A program made the translations under genes and the position numbers. Positions 26,297-40,942 of a stretch of DNA of 64,000 nucleotides are shown in pieces. The DNA is from Eledone cirrhosa (Eukaryota): the NCBI GenBank assembly GCA_964016885.1, contig OZ024741.1:14570001-14634000 (forward strand), read 5' to 3'. Below the pieces are notes generated by a model. That model was not told where the DNA came from and made no database searches. It saw nothing but the letters and a program-made list of their open reading frames with translations. The stretch's first letter is position 1; every line of letters starts with the position of its first letter.

Positions 26297-29176
26297 GTAA
26301 CTTTGAATAACTTTGAAATGTTTTGGCCAGTATTGGCCCAGGCCATGTCTAACTTAATAGCACCACCTGGCGAAGTCTTTCAATTCAGGATTTGGGCACC
26401 ATGGCCCATTCGAGAAGAGAATTACTGTTTGCGGAGACATATCCGGGTGTGGGTGGTTTGTCCGGGATTACTTGGAGGAATTTGTCCAAAGACTTCTTGA
26501 ATTTTGTGTGGTCAGTTTCTGTTTTGACGTGTCCTGGTGTGATGTTGAAGAGAGCAGGGCCGATTGAGGTGAAATAATTGTGCCGTATTGTTGTTATGAG
26601 TTGCGATTTAGATTTTTGAATGGGACGGATAGCACGGGGCCCAAGCCTTGGGTGTATCTTGAAGGCGATGCCAACATCATTTGGGCAGTGATGATGGAAC
26701 ATTTTCCACATCATGCAGATAATATAACGCTCACGGCGACGTTGGAGTGAGTAAAGTTTCAGGTTTTCTAATCGACCCCAGTAGTCAAGGTCTGACATGC
26801 CATCTATCTTTTTCGTGATTGCCCTTTGAGGAGCTTCAAGTTTCATGATACTTTGTTTCGTGTGGGGAGACCACAGTGGACAACAGTATTCAAGGTGTGG
26901 TCGGGCGAAAGTAGAGAAGAGAAGGATAATGGTGCGGGAATCTCTCGACTGGAAGGTTCTGAGGATCCAGGAACACATTCTGCGGGCCATGTCAACTTTG
27001 CTGCTTATATGCGTGGTCCAGCTTATATTGCTGTCCACGGTTACTCCCAAGTCTCTGATGTTGTTAGATGCCACGAGAGTTTCCCCGGAGGGAAGGGAGT
27101 ACGGGAGTTTCAGAGCATCCTCTTTTCCAAAGTGGATCAGTTCAAATTTGTCTTCGTTCAGTAACATGTTGTTCTTTTCTGCCCATTGGGTAACAGCCAG
27201 TAGGTCTGACTGAAGGCTTATCCGGTCATCCACGCCATTGATGACCTTTTGGAGCTTGGAATCATCAGCGAAAATTTTAATGTTGCTGTGTTTGATGATG
27301 TCAGTGATGTCATTAATATAGATGATGAAGAGAAGTGGGCCCAACACAGTGCCTTGTGGGACCCCACTACTGACTTTGGCTGGGCTTGATTTGACTCGCT
27401 CAACTACAACATGTTGGGTTCTGTTTGACAGGAAGCTCTTGATCCACTGCAGCAGCTTTCCAGTGACACCAATATTGGACAGCTTTCTCAGTAGAATGTT
27501 ATGATCAACCCTGTCAAAGGCCTTGCTGAAATCAAGGTAGATAACATCAGTGTTGGAACCCTCTCCCAAGGCTCTCAAAATGTCATCAAAGTGATGCAGT
27601 AGCTGCGTCAGGCAATCCCTTCCATTACGGAATCCATGCTGGTTGGAGTTCAGCATATTGTTACTCTCAAGGAAGTGGGTCATTCGCGATCTCACCACTC
27701 GCTCAAATACCTTAATGATATGAGAGGTGAGTGAGATTGGACGGTAATTCACGGCAAGGGATTTGTTTCCCTTTTTGAAAACTGGGACAACAGACTGGGA
27801 TAGAAGGTTTTCTGGCACATATCCAGCATCCAGTGAGTTCCGCCACAGATTTGCAAGAGGAGATGCAAGTTGGTGTTGACACGCCTTCAAGACACAAGCA
27901 GGGAACCTATCGGGACCTACTGCTGAATTATGCTTGATTTCCTTTATTGCCGCCAGGACATCAGGGGCGCCAAACGTTATGTCCGATAAGGTGTAATGGG
28001 GAGTAACATCGCCGATACAGCCCAGATCGGCCATATCAGGATTGCTGAAAACAGAGCAGTATTGTTTCTGCAGTATCTCACCCATGGTTTTAGCATTGTC
28101 TTGAAGAGTGCCATTTTCATCAATTAGAGGGCCAACAGTAGAGCCAGTGATTTTGTGTTTTTTTGCAAATGAAAAGAACACTTTGGGATTGAGTTTGATC
28201 TTCTCAATGGCCCAGGCCTCTTCAGCTCTTCTCTGATTGTTGATGAGGGACATTATGTTGTTTTGGAGGTTATGTTTTTTAATCTCTAGTGATGAAATGG
28301 CAGTCAAGTTGATGTGTTGCTGCTGACAGTATTTCAGCTTGTTGATTTTTTTGTTCGTTCTCTTAATTTTTCTGATGAGCGTTTTTCTATTTATAGGGAT
28401 TCTGCTCTTAGATTTGTTTATAGTTCTTAATGGGGTGTGTTTAGCACATATGTTTGTAACAGTGTCCACAAATGTCTGCCAGGACTTTTTGATGTTAGTG
28501 GGTGTATGAGTGTGCGTGAAGGACCAGTCGACATGTGCAAGATCATGACTGATCGCTTCCCAGTTTACATTGTGGAAATCCATAGCGTCAAACGGATGGA
28601 CAGGAGAGATGACATTGGGTTTGTATATTGGACGGTGGAATCTCAGATCACAGAGAACCATGTCATGATCAGAGAGTAGAGTTTTCTCCACTGCAATATT
28701 GTGGATATTGTCAGTGTGATTGCTGAAAATTAAGTCTAGGACGTTTTTGTGGCACCTCGTTGGTTCGAGCACCAGTTGGGATAGGAAGAAATCATCCATG
28801 AAGTCAAGAAGCGATTCCACAGCTTCCCTGTCAGAGGTTGAGGCAGAAGAACCTGGTGGCAGGCTGTTTGTGGACCAGTCAACTCCGGGGAGGTTGAAGT
28901 CCCCCATCATTAAGATGTTGTCAGGGTGACACTCTTGGATGAAACACTTTATGCTGTTGAGGCATTCCTTGAAGCATGGTACAGGCGTTTGGGGTGGCCT
29001 ATAGAGCCCAACTACTAATAGGTTGTTGGTTTGACTGAATACAGTGACTGCTTCACAGTATCCATTAGTGAATATGTTCATAGCCTCTGTTGAGAAAGAA
29101 TTATGGACATAAATGGCAGTCCCGCCCTTTCTTCTGCCAGCGCGATCAGCACGGATGGCTTTGAAACTTTTCACTG
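26297..29176 (-). mobile_element. CR1-group LINE, 5'-truncated within the endonuclease domain
   Basis: APE plus RT ORF, short 3' UTR, (TTCAAAGTTA)2 tail, inserted in a TA/TG microsatellite. Confidence 0.9.
26385..29174 (-). CDS. LINE ORF2: AP endonuclease plus reverse transcriptase (929 aa, uninterrupted, no true start)
   Basis: MGDFN, LDLIF, SDH (APE); [29 protein letters not shown] (RT); RPHLEYC and [11 protein letters not shown]-terminus typical of CR1. Confidence 0.9.
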   Translation of the reverse strand: MKSFKAIRADRAGRRKGGTAIYVHNSFSTEAMNIFTNGYCEAVTVFSQTNNLLVVGLYRPPQTPVPCFKECLNSIKCFIQECHPDNILMMGDFNLPGVDWSTNSLPPGSSASTSDREAVESLLDFMDDFFLSQLVLEPTRCHKNVLDLIFSNHTDNIHNIAVEKTLLSDHDMVLCDLRFHRPIYKPNVISPVHPFDAMDFHNVNWEAISHDLAHVDWSFTHTHTPTNIKKSWQTFVDTVTNICAKHTPLRTINKSKSRIPINRKTLIRKIKRTNKKINKLKYCQQQHINLTAISSLEIKKHNLQNNIMSLINNQRRAEEAWAIEKIKLNPKVFFSFAKKHKITGSTVGPLIDENGTLQDNAKTMGEILQKQYCSVFSNPDMADLGCIGDVTPHYTLSDITFGAPDVLAAIKEIKHNSAVGPDRFPACVLKACQHQLASPLANLWRNSLDAGYVPENLLSQSVVPVFKKGNKSLAVNYRPISLTSHIIKVFERVVRSRMTHFLESNNMLNSNQHGFRNGRDCLTQLLHHFDDILRALGEGSNTDVIYLDFSKAFDRVDHNILLRKLSNIGVTGKLLQWIKSFLSNRTQHVVVERVKSSPAKVSSGVPQGTVLGPLLFIIYINDITDIIKHSNIKIFADDSKLQKVINGVDDRISLQSDLLAVTQWAEKNNMLLNEDKFELIHFGKEDALKLPYSLPSGETLVASNNIRDLGVTVDSNISWTTHISSKVDMARRMCSWILRTFQSRDSRTIILLFSTFARPHLEYCCPLWSPHTKQSIMKLEAPQRAITKKIDGMSDLDYWGRLENLKLYSLQRRRERYIICMMWKMFHHHCPNDVGIAFKIHPRLGPRAIRPIQKSKSQLITTIRHNYFTSIGPALFNITPGHVKTETDHTKFKKSLDKFLQVIPDKPPTPGYVSANSNSLLEWAMVPKS

Positions 29177-29256
29177 TATATATATGTATATGTATATATA
29201 TATATGTATGTATATATATATATGTATATATGTATATATATAAGTATATATATGTA

Positions 29257-29287
<31 letters not shown>

Positions 29288-29288
29288 G

Positions 29289-29319
<31 letters not shown>

Positions 29320-29330
29320 GTATGTATATG

Positions 29331-29411
<81 letters not shown>

Positions 29412-29424
29412 GTATATGTATATG

Positions 29425-29565
<141 letters not shown>

Positions 29566-29920
29566 ATGTATATATGTATGTATATATATATATGTATGTA
29601 TATATATATATATATGTATGTATATGTATGTATATGTATGTATGTATATATATATATGTATATATGTATATATATGTATATATATGTATATATATATATG
29701 TATGTATGTATATATGTGTATATGTATGTATATATGTATATATATGTATGTATGTATATATGTATATATGTATGTATATATGTATATATATGTATGTATA
29801 TATGTATATATATGTATGTATATATGTATATATATATATATGTATGTATATATGTATATATATATGTATGTATGTATATATGTATATATATATATGTATG
29901 TATGTATATATGTATATATG

Positions 29921-29965
<45 letters not shown>

Positions 29966-29967
<2 letters not shown>

Positions 29968-30575
29968 CAGGTCACCAGTTGGTGCTACTGGTGACATGTA
30001 TCCCAGTACAACCTGTCCCATGGTCGGGTCTTTGGCGACTAAACTGGCAACCCCACCAAGGTTTCTTGATGAGGAGGGTGACTTTGGACATCCTGCAGGA
30101 CTAAAAACAAAACCTGTCAAAGGGCAAAGGAGCTCTTAAGAGTCAATGGCCATCTAAAATCACCAGGAGAGATGACCCCTTAGCCTTTGTCAATGCAGAA
30201 TTCTAGGAGAAGGAAAACTCTGATATAACACCTGCAACTCTGATGGTATCCAATGATGTAGACTTGTTCTTCTTTTTGGTAAATATCATCTTGGTTAAGA
30301 GAGTGGGACTGGCTTTGTGCAGTGCCTTTGCTCACTATAAAAGCTTCACGGCACAGGCATTGCTTTATATCTGGAGATCTCTCTGCACTTGTCGTCACAT
30401 GGTACCATGGGCCCAGCACTATGTGTCAATAATTGTCACAAGTGTAGTGTTTGTACCAGAGTTTTCAAGTCGCTGGCGGAACTAAAAAGTCACACTCGTT
30501 CAGCGCATCGGTAGGGGTTCTCCTACATGGATATAAAGTAGTGGCCGTACTCGAAAACGAGTTGGCAGCCACCAT
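29966..30575 (+). mobile_element. Family X, full length
   Basis: Colinear with 23466-24073. Confidence 0.9.
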
Positions 30576-30706
30576 ATATATATGTATATATATACATGTA
30601 CGTATGTATGTACGTATGTATGTATGCATTTGTGTGTGTATGTATGCATGCATGTGTGTGTATGTGTATGTATGTATGTACGTATGTGTGTGAGTGTGTA
30701 TGTATG

Positions 30707-31000
30707 TAAGGAAAGGGAGCCAAAGATGACTGTGGCAACTACAGAGGTATTTCATTGCTATCTGTGGCTGGGAAGATCTTGTGCAGGATATTGTTTGACA
30801 GATTGATACAACACATTGCTGTTGAGGTACTTCCTCAGTCCCAATGTGGCTTTAGGAATGGCAGAGGCACTGTTGACATGGTATTCTCGACCAAACAACT
30901 TCAAGAGAAATGCATTGAGCAGCGCATGAAGTTACATCAAATTTTTGTCAGTCTGAATAAGGCATTTGACACTGTAAATCAGGTTTTGTGGGTTATTTTG
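30707..31000 (+). mobile_element. RTE (BovB-like) RT fragment
   Basis: CGNYRGISLLSVAGKIL, SQCGFRNGRGTVDMVF, LQEKCIEQ, KAFDTVN. Confidence 0.85.
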
Positions 31001-31158
31001 ACATGCAGGCATGGGTAAACATTATTTCCCTCAACATTTGAGGCACTGTCATTTGACAGCTGGCTTAAAGAAGGGGAATATGCTGTCCATATTTTAAACA
31101 GAAAGATTATTTGTAAAAACAAATTAAAGTTCAAATATTATGAGGTGAATTGTTGTTT

Positions 31159-31330
31159 ATCGGTAGAGGGTTGGACGCCATGCTTTCTAGCATAATTACG
31201 TCCCTTTACGGTTTGAGTTCAAATCCCGCCGAGGTTAACTTTGCCTTTCATCCTTACGGGGTCGATAAAATAAAGTACCAGTAATGTACTGGGTAATTGC
31301 TGGCCTTGTGCCTAAAGTAGAAACAATTAT
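31159..31330 (+). mobile_element. SINE family 1
   Basis: Family match; a related minus-strand variant lies at 31480-31611. Confidence 0.9.
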
Positions 31331-31817
31331 GAGGTCACCTTTTCACGGGGTAAAGACGGGTGACTTATGTCCCCTTTCAAATATTTCAATGAAATACAAA
31401 ATTAAACAACTTAATCCAACAAACCTCTCGGAGCTCAGAATCACACGACTTCACACTTTAGTCGGCAGTAATAATGGTTTCTGATTTAGCCACAAGGCCA
31501 GCAATTTGGGGATGGGGAAAGTAGATTAAATCGACCCTAGTGTATTACTGGTACTTTATCTTCTTGACCCCCTAAGGATGAAACGCAAAGCTAACTTCGG
31601 CGGGATTTGAAAAACAATATTTCATCATTCAGGATACTGTAGGCTGTCGGTGTGTTTCTGTGTTTATGATGACTCCCTCTCTCTCTCCCCCCCCCTCTCT
31701 TTCCCTTTCTCTCTCTCTCTTTCCTTCTTTCTTTCTCTCTCTCACACTTTCCTTCTCTATGTGTGTGTTTGTGAGTGTATGTGTGTGTGCGTGTTTGTGT
31801 GTGCGATTGTGTATATG

Positions 31818-31868
<51 letters not shown>

Positions 31869-32451
31869 ATGTGTGTGTGTTTGTGTACGTGTGTGTGTTT
31901 GTGTGTTTGTGTGTGTGTGTGTGTGTGTGTTTGTGTACGTGTGTGTGTGTGTTTGTGTGTTTATGTGTGTGTTTCTCTGTATAGACTTTTTGTACGTGTA
32001 TGTATTTCTGTGTGTGTGTTCACGTGAGTGCGTGTTTATGTGTGTAGCCTGTGTATGTGTGTGTGTTTATGTGTGCATGTGTGTGTATTTATGTGCGTGC
32101 GTGTGTGTGTGTGCTTATGTATGCGTGCGTGTGTGTGTTTTTATGTGAGTTCGTGAGTGTGTGCGTGTGTTTGTGTGTATGCGTGTGCGTGTTTATGTGT
32201 GTGCGTCTCTATGTGTGTGCGTGTTTATGTGTGCGTGGGTATGTGCATATTTATGTGTGTGTGAGTGTGTGCATGCGTGTTTATGTGTTTATATGTGTGC
32301 GTGTGTCTGTGCGTTTCCTTCTCAAAGTCATTTGTGGTCTTCTTGACATGTTAAATGTTATGTATTATATCTCTCTTTCTATATCACTCATTGTAGTCTG
32401 TTGAGAGAAGAAGAAGAAGAAGAAGAAGAAGAAGAAGAAGAAGAAGAAGAA

Positions 32452-32504
<53 letters not shown>

Positions 32505-34149
32505 GCGACAGCAGCAGTTAGAATAATGAAATCATCATCATCAAAGACAGTAACAAAAACAACATCAACAACAGGAATAACAAAGTCAACAACAATATCA
32601 GTACCGCCACCAAAAACAATACAAACCTCAATAACAACAATACTATAGCAACAACATTAATATCAACAACAACGACATTATCATGAACAATAACAATACT
32701 ATCAATTTCGACAGTAGCAACCACAACAACAACAACCACAACAACAACAACAACAACAACAACTACAACAACAACCACCACAACAACAACAACAACTACA
32801 ACAACAACCACAACAACGACGACGACTAAAACGACAATGACAACGAAATATAAAAAATATCGTAATGGATAATCAGGTAAGATTATGGGTCGAGCTTCCG
32901 ATAGCTCCTGCCCACCACCCTACGTCTTGGATATCATGTTTGACCTCTTGGAAGACAATCCCCTACCACCACAAAAGAAAATAATAATAAAGAGCCATAT
33001 ATAAAACTCTGTAAGGCTTCATCTATGAGGACAGACAAATGGTGGATCTCTTATCATCTGTTCCAGAGAGATTAGTGCCATGGGACTCTAACAAGCAGAA
33101 ACGTCGCAGAGAGAGAGAAAACAAAATGGACAGGAGCGCTCATTATAAATTCAAAATGGATTTTTCGTTCGTTTCGTGTATTTGTCCCGGCGTCCAACTA
33201 AATAGCTTTATCGTACCGCTTAGCTTTGCTGCCATCCATGCTTATGTGTTCTTAGTTAATCATTCTGGCGAAATAAATACACCATGCATATTCTATATGA
33301 GCAATTGATTACAAGATAATGGCATCACAAATATTACTTTACGTTGTTCTTCTCATTTTTACTAATGTCTCTCTTTTGTTTTTCTTCCTTTCTTTCTTTC
33401 TTCCTTCCTGCTTTCCTTTCTTTCTTTCTTTCTTTCTTACTTCTGTGTTTCTTGCTTTCTTTTCTTTCTTCATTCGTCCAGTCTGTATGGATGATAATCG
33501 GAAGGCGAGAATATTATTATTATAATTATTATTATTGGCTAGTGGTTTGTGCAGCCGTGGTACTGTTGGCTCCAGTAAGTTTGTTGTTTTCATATATTTA
33601 AATCGCTGTTTTGTTAAATTTTTTTGTTACAAAGGGGACATAAGGCGTCTGTCTTGGCTCACAAAAAAGTGCAAACCCATAATATTTGGACCTTTGGCCC
33701 AAGTATTTGTACTTTACTATTTGGATTTACGCCCATAAATCTTTTTTTAAATTAATGAAACGCACTCATGCACACACACACACACACACAATCGGAGAAA
33801 CAAAACAGAAAAACATTATCCAACACACATAAACTCACACACACAAACACGCACACACACACACACAGAAACACACACACAACCTGAGAAACAAAATAAA
33901 AAAACATTATCTAACACACACACACACAAATACACACACACACACACACACATACAGACACACACACACACAAACAGACATGTAACAGTTCAGAAAACCT
34001 GAGCCAGCACCAGTGTTTCCTATGTTATTGGCAGCAACTAAAAGCAACTTTAACGTTTAGGAGTATTGCTATCAAGTTCTAAACACATGAGTTGGCCCCT
34101 CAATACGCCTGAGTTGGCCCCACAGTGCCACTGGAGGCAGCTCTGTAAG

Positions 34150-34600
34150 GTTTCATGCCAGATATAAGACGTTGCAAGTACCATGCAGTTTGCATGCATC
34201 TCAGTACTCTTCAAAAGCGAGGCCCTTGCAAATATGTACTCTGTGGTCTCTTGTAAAATGGATCAATTCGTTAATTTCCCCTCTTAAATCCGAAGAACAA
34301 TGAAGGTTCGAATTTCTGAGATCCCACCAGAATTAGACATTTGGTAGATCCTAGAATTAATCGTCCTGGAGGGAAGTGAAACCCTACTGAAAGTAAAGCG
34401 GACCCGCAGGGAGAAATGGTCGTGTATCAGTCTGGAAATTACTTCTCCACATCGAACCAGAGATTGACAAGATCCACGACCTAATTCGCTTTTCGGATCG
34501 CGTGAAGCTACGTGTGGTTATAGAGGGCGAAAAACTTAGGAGTGGAGAAACCACCTAAAAGCTTTCTGTCCTGTACAGAAAATAGCGGGAGACACCGTGA
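34150..34600 (+). mobile_element. Possible decayed LINE ORF1 (L1/Tx1-like) fragment
   Basis: KVRISEIPPE and VKLRVVIEG remnants with stops; recognition by recall only. Confidence 0.35.
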
Positions 34601-34848
34601 ACCATTTCTGCAAACATCAGGGCCTCAACAACAACAGCAACAACAGCAACAGCGGCACCTACACCTGTAGCAGCAAATACATCAACAACAACAACACTAA
34701 CCACTGCAACAGCACCACCACAACAACAACACCTACAAGAGCCAGCAACCCTCCCCCTACCCCCACTCACACACAAAGCAACCAACATACCTCAATCCCC
34801 ACCTTTGTCAGACATAAACACCTCCTCATCTCCCAGCTAAGAAAAAGA

Positions 34849-37800
34849 CTCAGACTCAGACTCAGAAGCTCCCGCGTCTTGCGACGCATGAGGCAATCAT
34901 AGTGTTCCACCGCGTTCGGTCAGCAGCCAGTTGCACAGCGTCCCGCCATTGTCTGTTTGTCGCTCGCAGGTCCCTCTCAACTGTCTGGCGCCAGTTCATT
35001 TTGGGTCGCCCTCTCCGTCTGCTTCCCTGTGGGTTCCATTTAAGTACTTGGTTCGCCAGTCTCTCCGGGGGAAGTCTCAAAGCGTGCCCAAACCAGCCCA
35101 GGCGTCGCTTGCAGATGGCAGAAGAGACTAGCTGCTGGTTGGTGCGGTTCCTGACTTCCTGGTTTGTTACATGGTCACTCCATTTAATCCCCAGGATCTT
35201 TCGCAGACACCTGGAATCGAATGCGTCCAACTTCTTCTCTTGGCTGGTCTTAAGGTGCCATGTTTCACTTCCGTACAAGAGTGTGGACAGCAGGTTGCTG
35301 TTGTAGAATCTCATCTTTGTTTTGAGGGTGAACTACCTGCTCTTCCAGATCTTGACAAGCTGGTTAAATGCTGCTGAAGCCTTTCCCATTCTACATTTCA
35401 ATTCACTGTCCATGGCGCCCTCATTGTCAATGGAGCTTCCTAGGTAGGTGAAGTTGTCCACTATCTCCACCTCCCCCTGTTCAATGAAAAAACTACTTGG
35501 TGATGGGTGTGTCCCAGATAACATGCTTTTGGTCTTCTTAGCACTGATATTGAGACCTAAGCTTCCTGCTTCGACATTGATATTGTTCATAATGATTTGC
35601 ACGTCAGCTGTGCTCTCTGCAAGTGCAACAATATCGTCCGCAAAGTCCAGGTCAGACAACTTTTGCTCTCCCACCCAAGATATACCCTGGTCTTTAGACG
35701 CTCTTCTTAGTACCCAGTCAATGGCTATGGCAAAGAGAATTGGAGAGAGCGAGCAACCCTGACGCACACCAGTAACCACCTCAAACCAGTCACTGTAACC
35801 ATCCTCTGTCCGTATGCAGCACTTGGAGTTTGCATAAATCTGTTTGATTGCCGAAATGACTTTCTGGGGCTGACCATACTCATGCATGATGCTCCAGAGT
35901 GACGGCCGATGAATGCTATCGAATGCTTTGGAGAAATTGATGAAGCTGACGGCGAGGGGCCTCTGGAATTCGTTGTACCTCTCAATGATGCGGCGTAACG
36001 TAAAGATCTGCTCTGCACAGGAACGTTTTGGTCGGAACCCTGCCTGTTGTTCTCGCAGTTCCCGGTCTACCATGCCACGTATGCGGTTCAGGATCATCAG
36101 ACAATAGACCTTCCCTGGTATGGAGAGAAGTGGTCACTCCCCTCCAGTTGTCACAATCGGCAAGGTTGCCCTTCTTGGGGATACAGACAAGCGCTCCGTT
36201 TCTCCAATCTTCTGGGACTTCACCCGTGTTCCACACAAGATTACATAAGTGGCCCATCCACTTGACTATGCTTTCGCCTCCTGACTTCAGCATTTCAGCA
36301 GAAATGCCATCCATACCTGGTGACTTGTTATTCTTAAGGGTTTTGATGGCCATGCGGACTTCCTTCTCGGTGAAGTCATCAGTATTGATAGGCAACAAAC
36401 TAGTAGGTTCCTTAGTATCTGCTGGCACACGTGGATCCGGTCGGTTGAGGACTTCCTTGAAATGTTCAGCCCATCTGACTAACTTTTCTTCACCCTTGGA
36501 AAGCAGCGTACCATCTTTCGCTTTCACAGGGCCTGAGTTAGCTCTAGAGCTGCCGGTGATTTTCTTGGCAATTTGGTACACAGAGCGCATGTCATTGCGT
36601 ACCACAGCTGCTTCCGCCTCCTCTGCCTTACCCTTGTGCCACATTCGTTTGTCCTTTTAGGCGCTGCGTTTCACCTCCTTGTCCTTGTCAACATACTGCT
36701 GATATACCTTGATGGCCTCTGGGGTAGTGGCATGCCTCTGCTGGTGTAGGGCTTTCCTTTCATTAATCAGCTGCCAGGTGTTGTCGCTGACCCAAGCTTC
36801 TCTGAGGGACTTCCTGTAGCCCAGGATTTCTTACCCTGCAGCTTCCATGGTCTTCTTCATTTCCTCCCACCAATTGACCGAGCCTGGTGCAGACTCCTCA
36901 AGGACAGCAAATCTATTCCTAAAAGCAGCCTCGAACTGTGCTTCTGTGTCACCGTTCTTCAGCTTGGTAGTGTCAAAACGCCTTGTAGTTAGTGCTCTGT
37001 TCTTCTGCTTCTTCAGTCTGATTTTAAGTTTGGTAACAGACAGATAGTGGTCACTGCAGACATCTGCGCCCCGGTAGACTCGGACGTCCTGCAGGCAAGG
37101 AGCTCTCCAACTTGAGCCAATCGTATCGTATAGTCAGGTCACCAGTTGGTGCTACTGGTAACTTGTATCCCAGTACAACCTGTATCAAGGTCGGGTCGTT
37201 GGCGACTAAACTGGCAACCCCACCAAGGTTTCTTGGTGAGGAGGGTGACTTTGGACATCCTGCAGGACTAAAAACAAAACCTGTCAAAGGGCAAAGGAGC
37301 TCTTAAGAGTCAATGGCCATCCAAAATCACCGGGAGAGATGACCCCTTAGCCTTTGTCAAGGCAGAATTCTAGGAGAAGGAAAACTCTGATATAACACCG
37401 GCAACCCATCGGTTTGCAGTTCTACCAGAGACTACTCCACTTACTGTATCTTTACTAAATGTCAGTGGTTGGGCTTCAGGTTAGCGACCTGTTCCCGGAA
37501 AAACTCTCCTGCTACGAAAACAATTCATAGTGCATCAGATTTAAATTCCAAGCAGTCAGGAGAACGGTTGTCTCTAACCGGAGATTGTATGACGGGTGTC
37601 GGCGAAAGTCTCAATGAGGAAGCCGACATCCTGAGGACCAGAATTCTGTCTGCAAAAACAACCACACGTATTGGATATTGGAACATAAGAACTATGTACC
37701 AACCATCCAAACTTGCGCAAGTTATCGGAGAAATGGAGGCCTACAAAATTAACATCCTGGGCCTCAGCGAGGTCCGCTGGACTGACTCTGGGAAGTTTGT

Positions 37801-38258
37801 CCATGAAAACAAGACCATCCTGTTCTCAGGCCGTCAGAACGGGACCCACCGAGATGGAGTTGCAATCATCATGGACAGGGCTGCCAGTGGTGCTCTTGAG
37901 GAGTGGAATCCTATCAACCAACGCCTAATGACAGCAAGATTCACCACATCACATGCAAAGGTCACCATAGCTCAGTGCTATGCTCCAACCAACGAACATA
38001 ACGATGATGACAAGGACGCTTTCTACCAGCAACTACAAGATGTTGTAAACAAAACCCCACCTCATGACATCCTGATCATCATGGGAGACATGAACGCACA
38101 AATCGGGGGAAACAGGGTTGGCTTTAAACATGACAACGGGGACAGGTTTGTCCAGTTCTGTGCCATGAACAATATGAAAATCGGCTCGTCACTATTTGAC
38201 CACAAGAACATCCACAAGGTCACATGGGCTTCGAACGACCACAGGATCAAGACGCAAA
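34849..38258 (-). mobile_element. Near-full-length RTE LINE with inverted 5' segment
   Basis: Minus-strand body 34849-37130 (end of APE, RT, (TCTGAG)n tail); plus-strand 5' UTR and APE N-terminus 37133-38258; 11-bp duplication TAAGAAAAAGA at 34838-34848 and 38259-38269; frameshifts and stops. Confidence 0.9.
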
Positions 38259-38799
38259 TAAGAAAAAGAGGAACTGCAAAATACCTAAAAGCAAAAATAA
38301 ATACACACAAAAATCAAACATCACACTCTGCTACACACCCACACCCACTCCAGAAAACACGACACACCTCAATAACTACACCTCCACTCCAGCTAACAAC
38401 ACAACCACATCGGCACCACCATCAACTGTAACACAACTACAAACAATCACAACAAAAAGGAAATATACAAACACACAACAACAAGCAATATGTAAACTAA
38501 ACGACTAATTCTGTTTTTTTTTTAAATCAACGAAGACAACCTATCAAAATTACCGATTTCCCTCATCCCAACCCCGCATATTCCAACCCCTCCCCTATTA
38601 TTTGGGACCCAAGGGGACCAACAACACACCAACCTATACACTACCTACATATTTATTTACCTATCCTTGTACCTGTAATTCTGCTGCAATCAAGTCCCAT
38701 AAATTACTTGTACGGTCCTCCGCCTTACATCCACATATACCTACCTACCAGAATAGATGTTCGGAAATATGTTGTCTGAAACAGAGATGATTCAGAAAT

Positions 38800-40288
38800 C
38801 ACAAACCACCACCACCACCTACAATAATAAGGCTATACCACCACCACCACCACCACCACCGCCACCTACGACAATAAGGCTATCACACCACTACCACCAC
38901 CACCACCACCACCACCACTACCACCACCGCCACCTACAATAATAAGGCTATCACACCACCACCACTACCACCACCACCACCACCGCCACCTACAGTAATA
39001 AGGCTATCACACCACTACCACCACCACCACCACCACCACCACTACCACCACCGCCACCTACAACAATAAGGCTATCACACCACCACCACTACCACCACCA
39101 CCACCACCACCACCGCCACCTACAACAATAAGGCTATCACACCACCACCACTACCACCACCACCACCACCACCGCCACCTACAGTAATAAGGCTATCACA
39201 CCACCACCACCACCACCACCACTACCACCACCGCCACCTACAACAATAAGGCTATCACACCACCACCACTACCACCACCACCACCACCACCACCGCCACC
39301 TACAACAATAAGGCTATCACACCACTACCACCACCACCACCACCACCACTACCACCACCACCACCACCACCACCGCCACCTACAACAATAAGGCTATCAC
39401 ACCACCACCACTACCACCACCACCACCACCACCACCTACAATAATAAGGCTATCACACCACCACCACTACCACCACCACCACCACCACCACTACCACCAC
39501 CACCACTACCACCACCGCCACCTACAACAATAAGGCTATCACACCACCACCACTACCACCACCACCACCACCACCACCGCCACCTACAACAATAAGGCTA
39601 TCACACCACTACCACCACCACCACCACCACCACTACCACCACCACCACCACCACCACCGCCACCTACAACAATAAGGCTATCACACCACCACCACTACCA
39701 CCACCACCACCACCACCACCGCCACCTACAACAATAAGGCTATCACACCACTACCACCACCACCACCACTACCACCACCGCCACCTACAATAATAAGGCT
39801 ATCACACCACCACCACTACCACCACCACCACCACCGCCACCTACAGTAATAAGGCTATCACACCACCACCACCGCCACCACCACCACCACCACCACCACC
39901 GCCACCTACAACAATAAGGCTATCACACCACTACCACCACCACCACCACCACCACCGCCACCTACAACAATAAGGCTATCACACCACTACCACCACCACC
40001 ACCACCACCACCACCACCACCACCGCCACATACAACAATAAGGCTATCACACCACTACCACCACCACCACCACCACCGCCACATACAACAATAAGGCTAT
40101 CACACCACTACCACCACCACCACCACCACTACCACCACCACCACCACAACCACCGCCACCTACAATAATAAGACTATCACACCACTACCACCACCACCAC
40201 CACCACTACCACCACCACCACCACAACCACCGCCACCTACAATAATAAGACTATCACACCACTACCACCACCACCACCACTACCACCG
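38800..40288. repeat. Minisatellite with constant spacer and variable (CAC)n array
   Basis: GCCACCTACAACAATAAGGCTATCACAC followed by varying CAC/TAC runs, about 25 units. Confidence 0.95.
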
Positions 40289-40700
40289 TTTATTAATTTT
40301 TCAGATTTAACCCAACCACACCCGGTTTTATTCTGACTTCCCACCCCACCCCACCGCTCATTAAATTTTCTCCGGAGAATTTTTATTTTAAATGGTGGCA
40401 TTCCTGCGACAATTTTCTACATTACTAGAAATGCCATACGTTATAAGATAGATAGAATAGGTTGGGCTTTCAATATGTAGACTAATTCTATTTGTTTGTT
40501 CTTTAAATCAACGGAAACAACCTGGTAACATTACCAATTTTACATCCAACCCGCTTATTCAAACTTCCCGGCTTATTCCACCCCCACTTATTCCCCTCAC
40601 CTAATATTTGGGAACAGAGAGTACATATTTTGCGGGAAATATTACAATAATAATGTGTGTGTGTGACAGCTCGCACCTATATGTGTGTGTGTGTGTGTGT

Positions 40701-40942
40701 GACAGCTCACACCTATACAGGTTTAGCTGGCCTCCTCCAAAGTATATCTAGTTGGAGGTGTCTTGGGTAATTTAATGATAGGGACCCCAGTCCTATCATC
40801 TCATTTCTACGGCTGAGTAAACTGGAACAACGTGAAATAAAGTGTCTTTCTCAAAGAAACAACACATCACTTGGTCGGAGAATTGAACTCACAACCTTTC
40901 GATTGCAAGCCCAATGCTCTAACCACTAAGCCATGCGCCTTC
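40701..40942 (-). mobile_element. SINE family 2
   Basis: Colinear with 7985-8225; partial relative at 47742-47830. Confidence 0.85.

Noticed and set aside
38800-40288. CRISPR-like repeat-spacer appearance
   Set aside because: Spacers are CAC triplet runs, there are no cas genes, and the context is eukaryotic.
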